From Bilabrum cf. latius (taxonomy: Eukaryota): 64,000 nt of DNA. Position numbers and translations under genes: made by a program. Position 1 is the stretch's first letter. Every line of letters begins with the position of its first letter. The stretch covers positions 310,001 through 374,000 of the forward strand of contig OZ237754.1 in NCBI GenBank assembly GCA_965178125.1, given 5' to 3'. The notes beneath the pieces were generated by a model. It was not told the origin of the DNA. It saw only the letters and a program-made list of their open reading frames with translations, and made no database searches. Below, piece after piece: positions 63,901 to 64,000 of the stretch.

Positions 63901-64000
63901 GAGATGCAGGGAACGAGTTCACAGCACGAGGTGGTTATCCAACCAGCAGAGGGGCTAGATCTAGTGGCCGTCGTCCAAGGAGCAGCATGTCTGGCCCGTC
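57975..64000 (+). CDS. Very large low-complexity protein with Cys/His zinc-binding-like motifs (partial, runs off the right edge)
   Basis: One frame free of TAA/TGA from 57900 to 64000 with about 11 TAGs. WSCC...GC and CRRCG..Y...CMYHP...FPCC motifs near 58670-58890. Start uncertain. Confidence 0.7.

Noticed and set aside
1-64000. Mass pseudogenisation or sequencing error as the cause of fragmented ORFs
   Set aside because: Interruptions are almost only TAG, frames are preserved, and catalytic motifs are intact.

Overview
Gene-dense, GC-rich eukaryotic nuclear DNA with short GT-AG introns. The style resembles a bicosoecid/stramenopile flagellate, but that assignment is inference only. Two main results. 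(1) The genome uses a non-standard genetic code in which TAG is a sense codon, almost certainly Gln, while TAA and TGA still terminate genes. More than 60 in-frame TAGs join the fragmented ORF track into intact genes, and three sit at conserved Gln positions (ABCA Q-loop, ABCA N-terminal QL motif, TBL1 QKGLQY). (2) A 6.8-kb element with the A1...B1-A2-B2 split direct repeats of Ngaro/DIRS-type tyrosine-recombinase retrotransposons has inserted into the coding exon of an ABCA transporter. It appears non-autonomous: it keeps only a short RT N-terminal fragment, itself written with TAG=Gln, and is filled with two related tandem arrays (107 and 112 bp). Under this code the window holds about 20 genes: ASL, trpA, CEP164-like, ASNSD1, VIT1, TBL1, ABCA, TFIIS-like, a degenerate NAD kinase, ENKD1, a tandem GH113-like glycosidase, a fatty-acid-hydroxylase/SMS-like fusion, ankyrin proteins and large low-complexity proteins. 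No RNA genes or CRISPR arrays were recognised. All translations were done by eye and no database searches were run.
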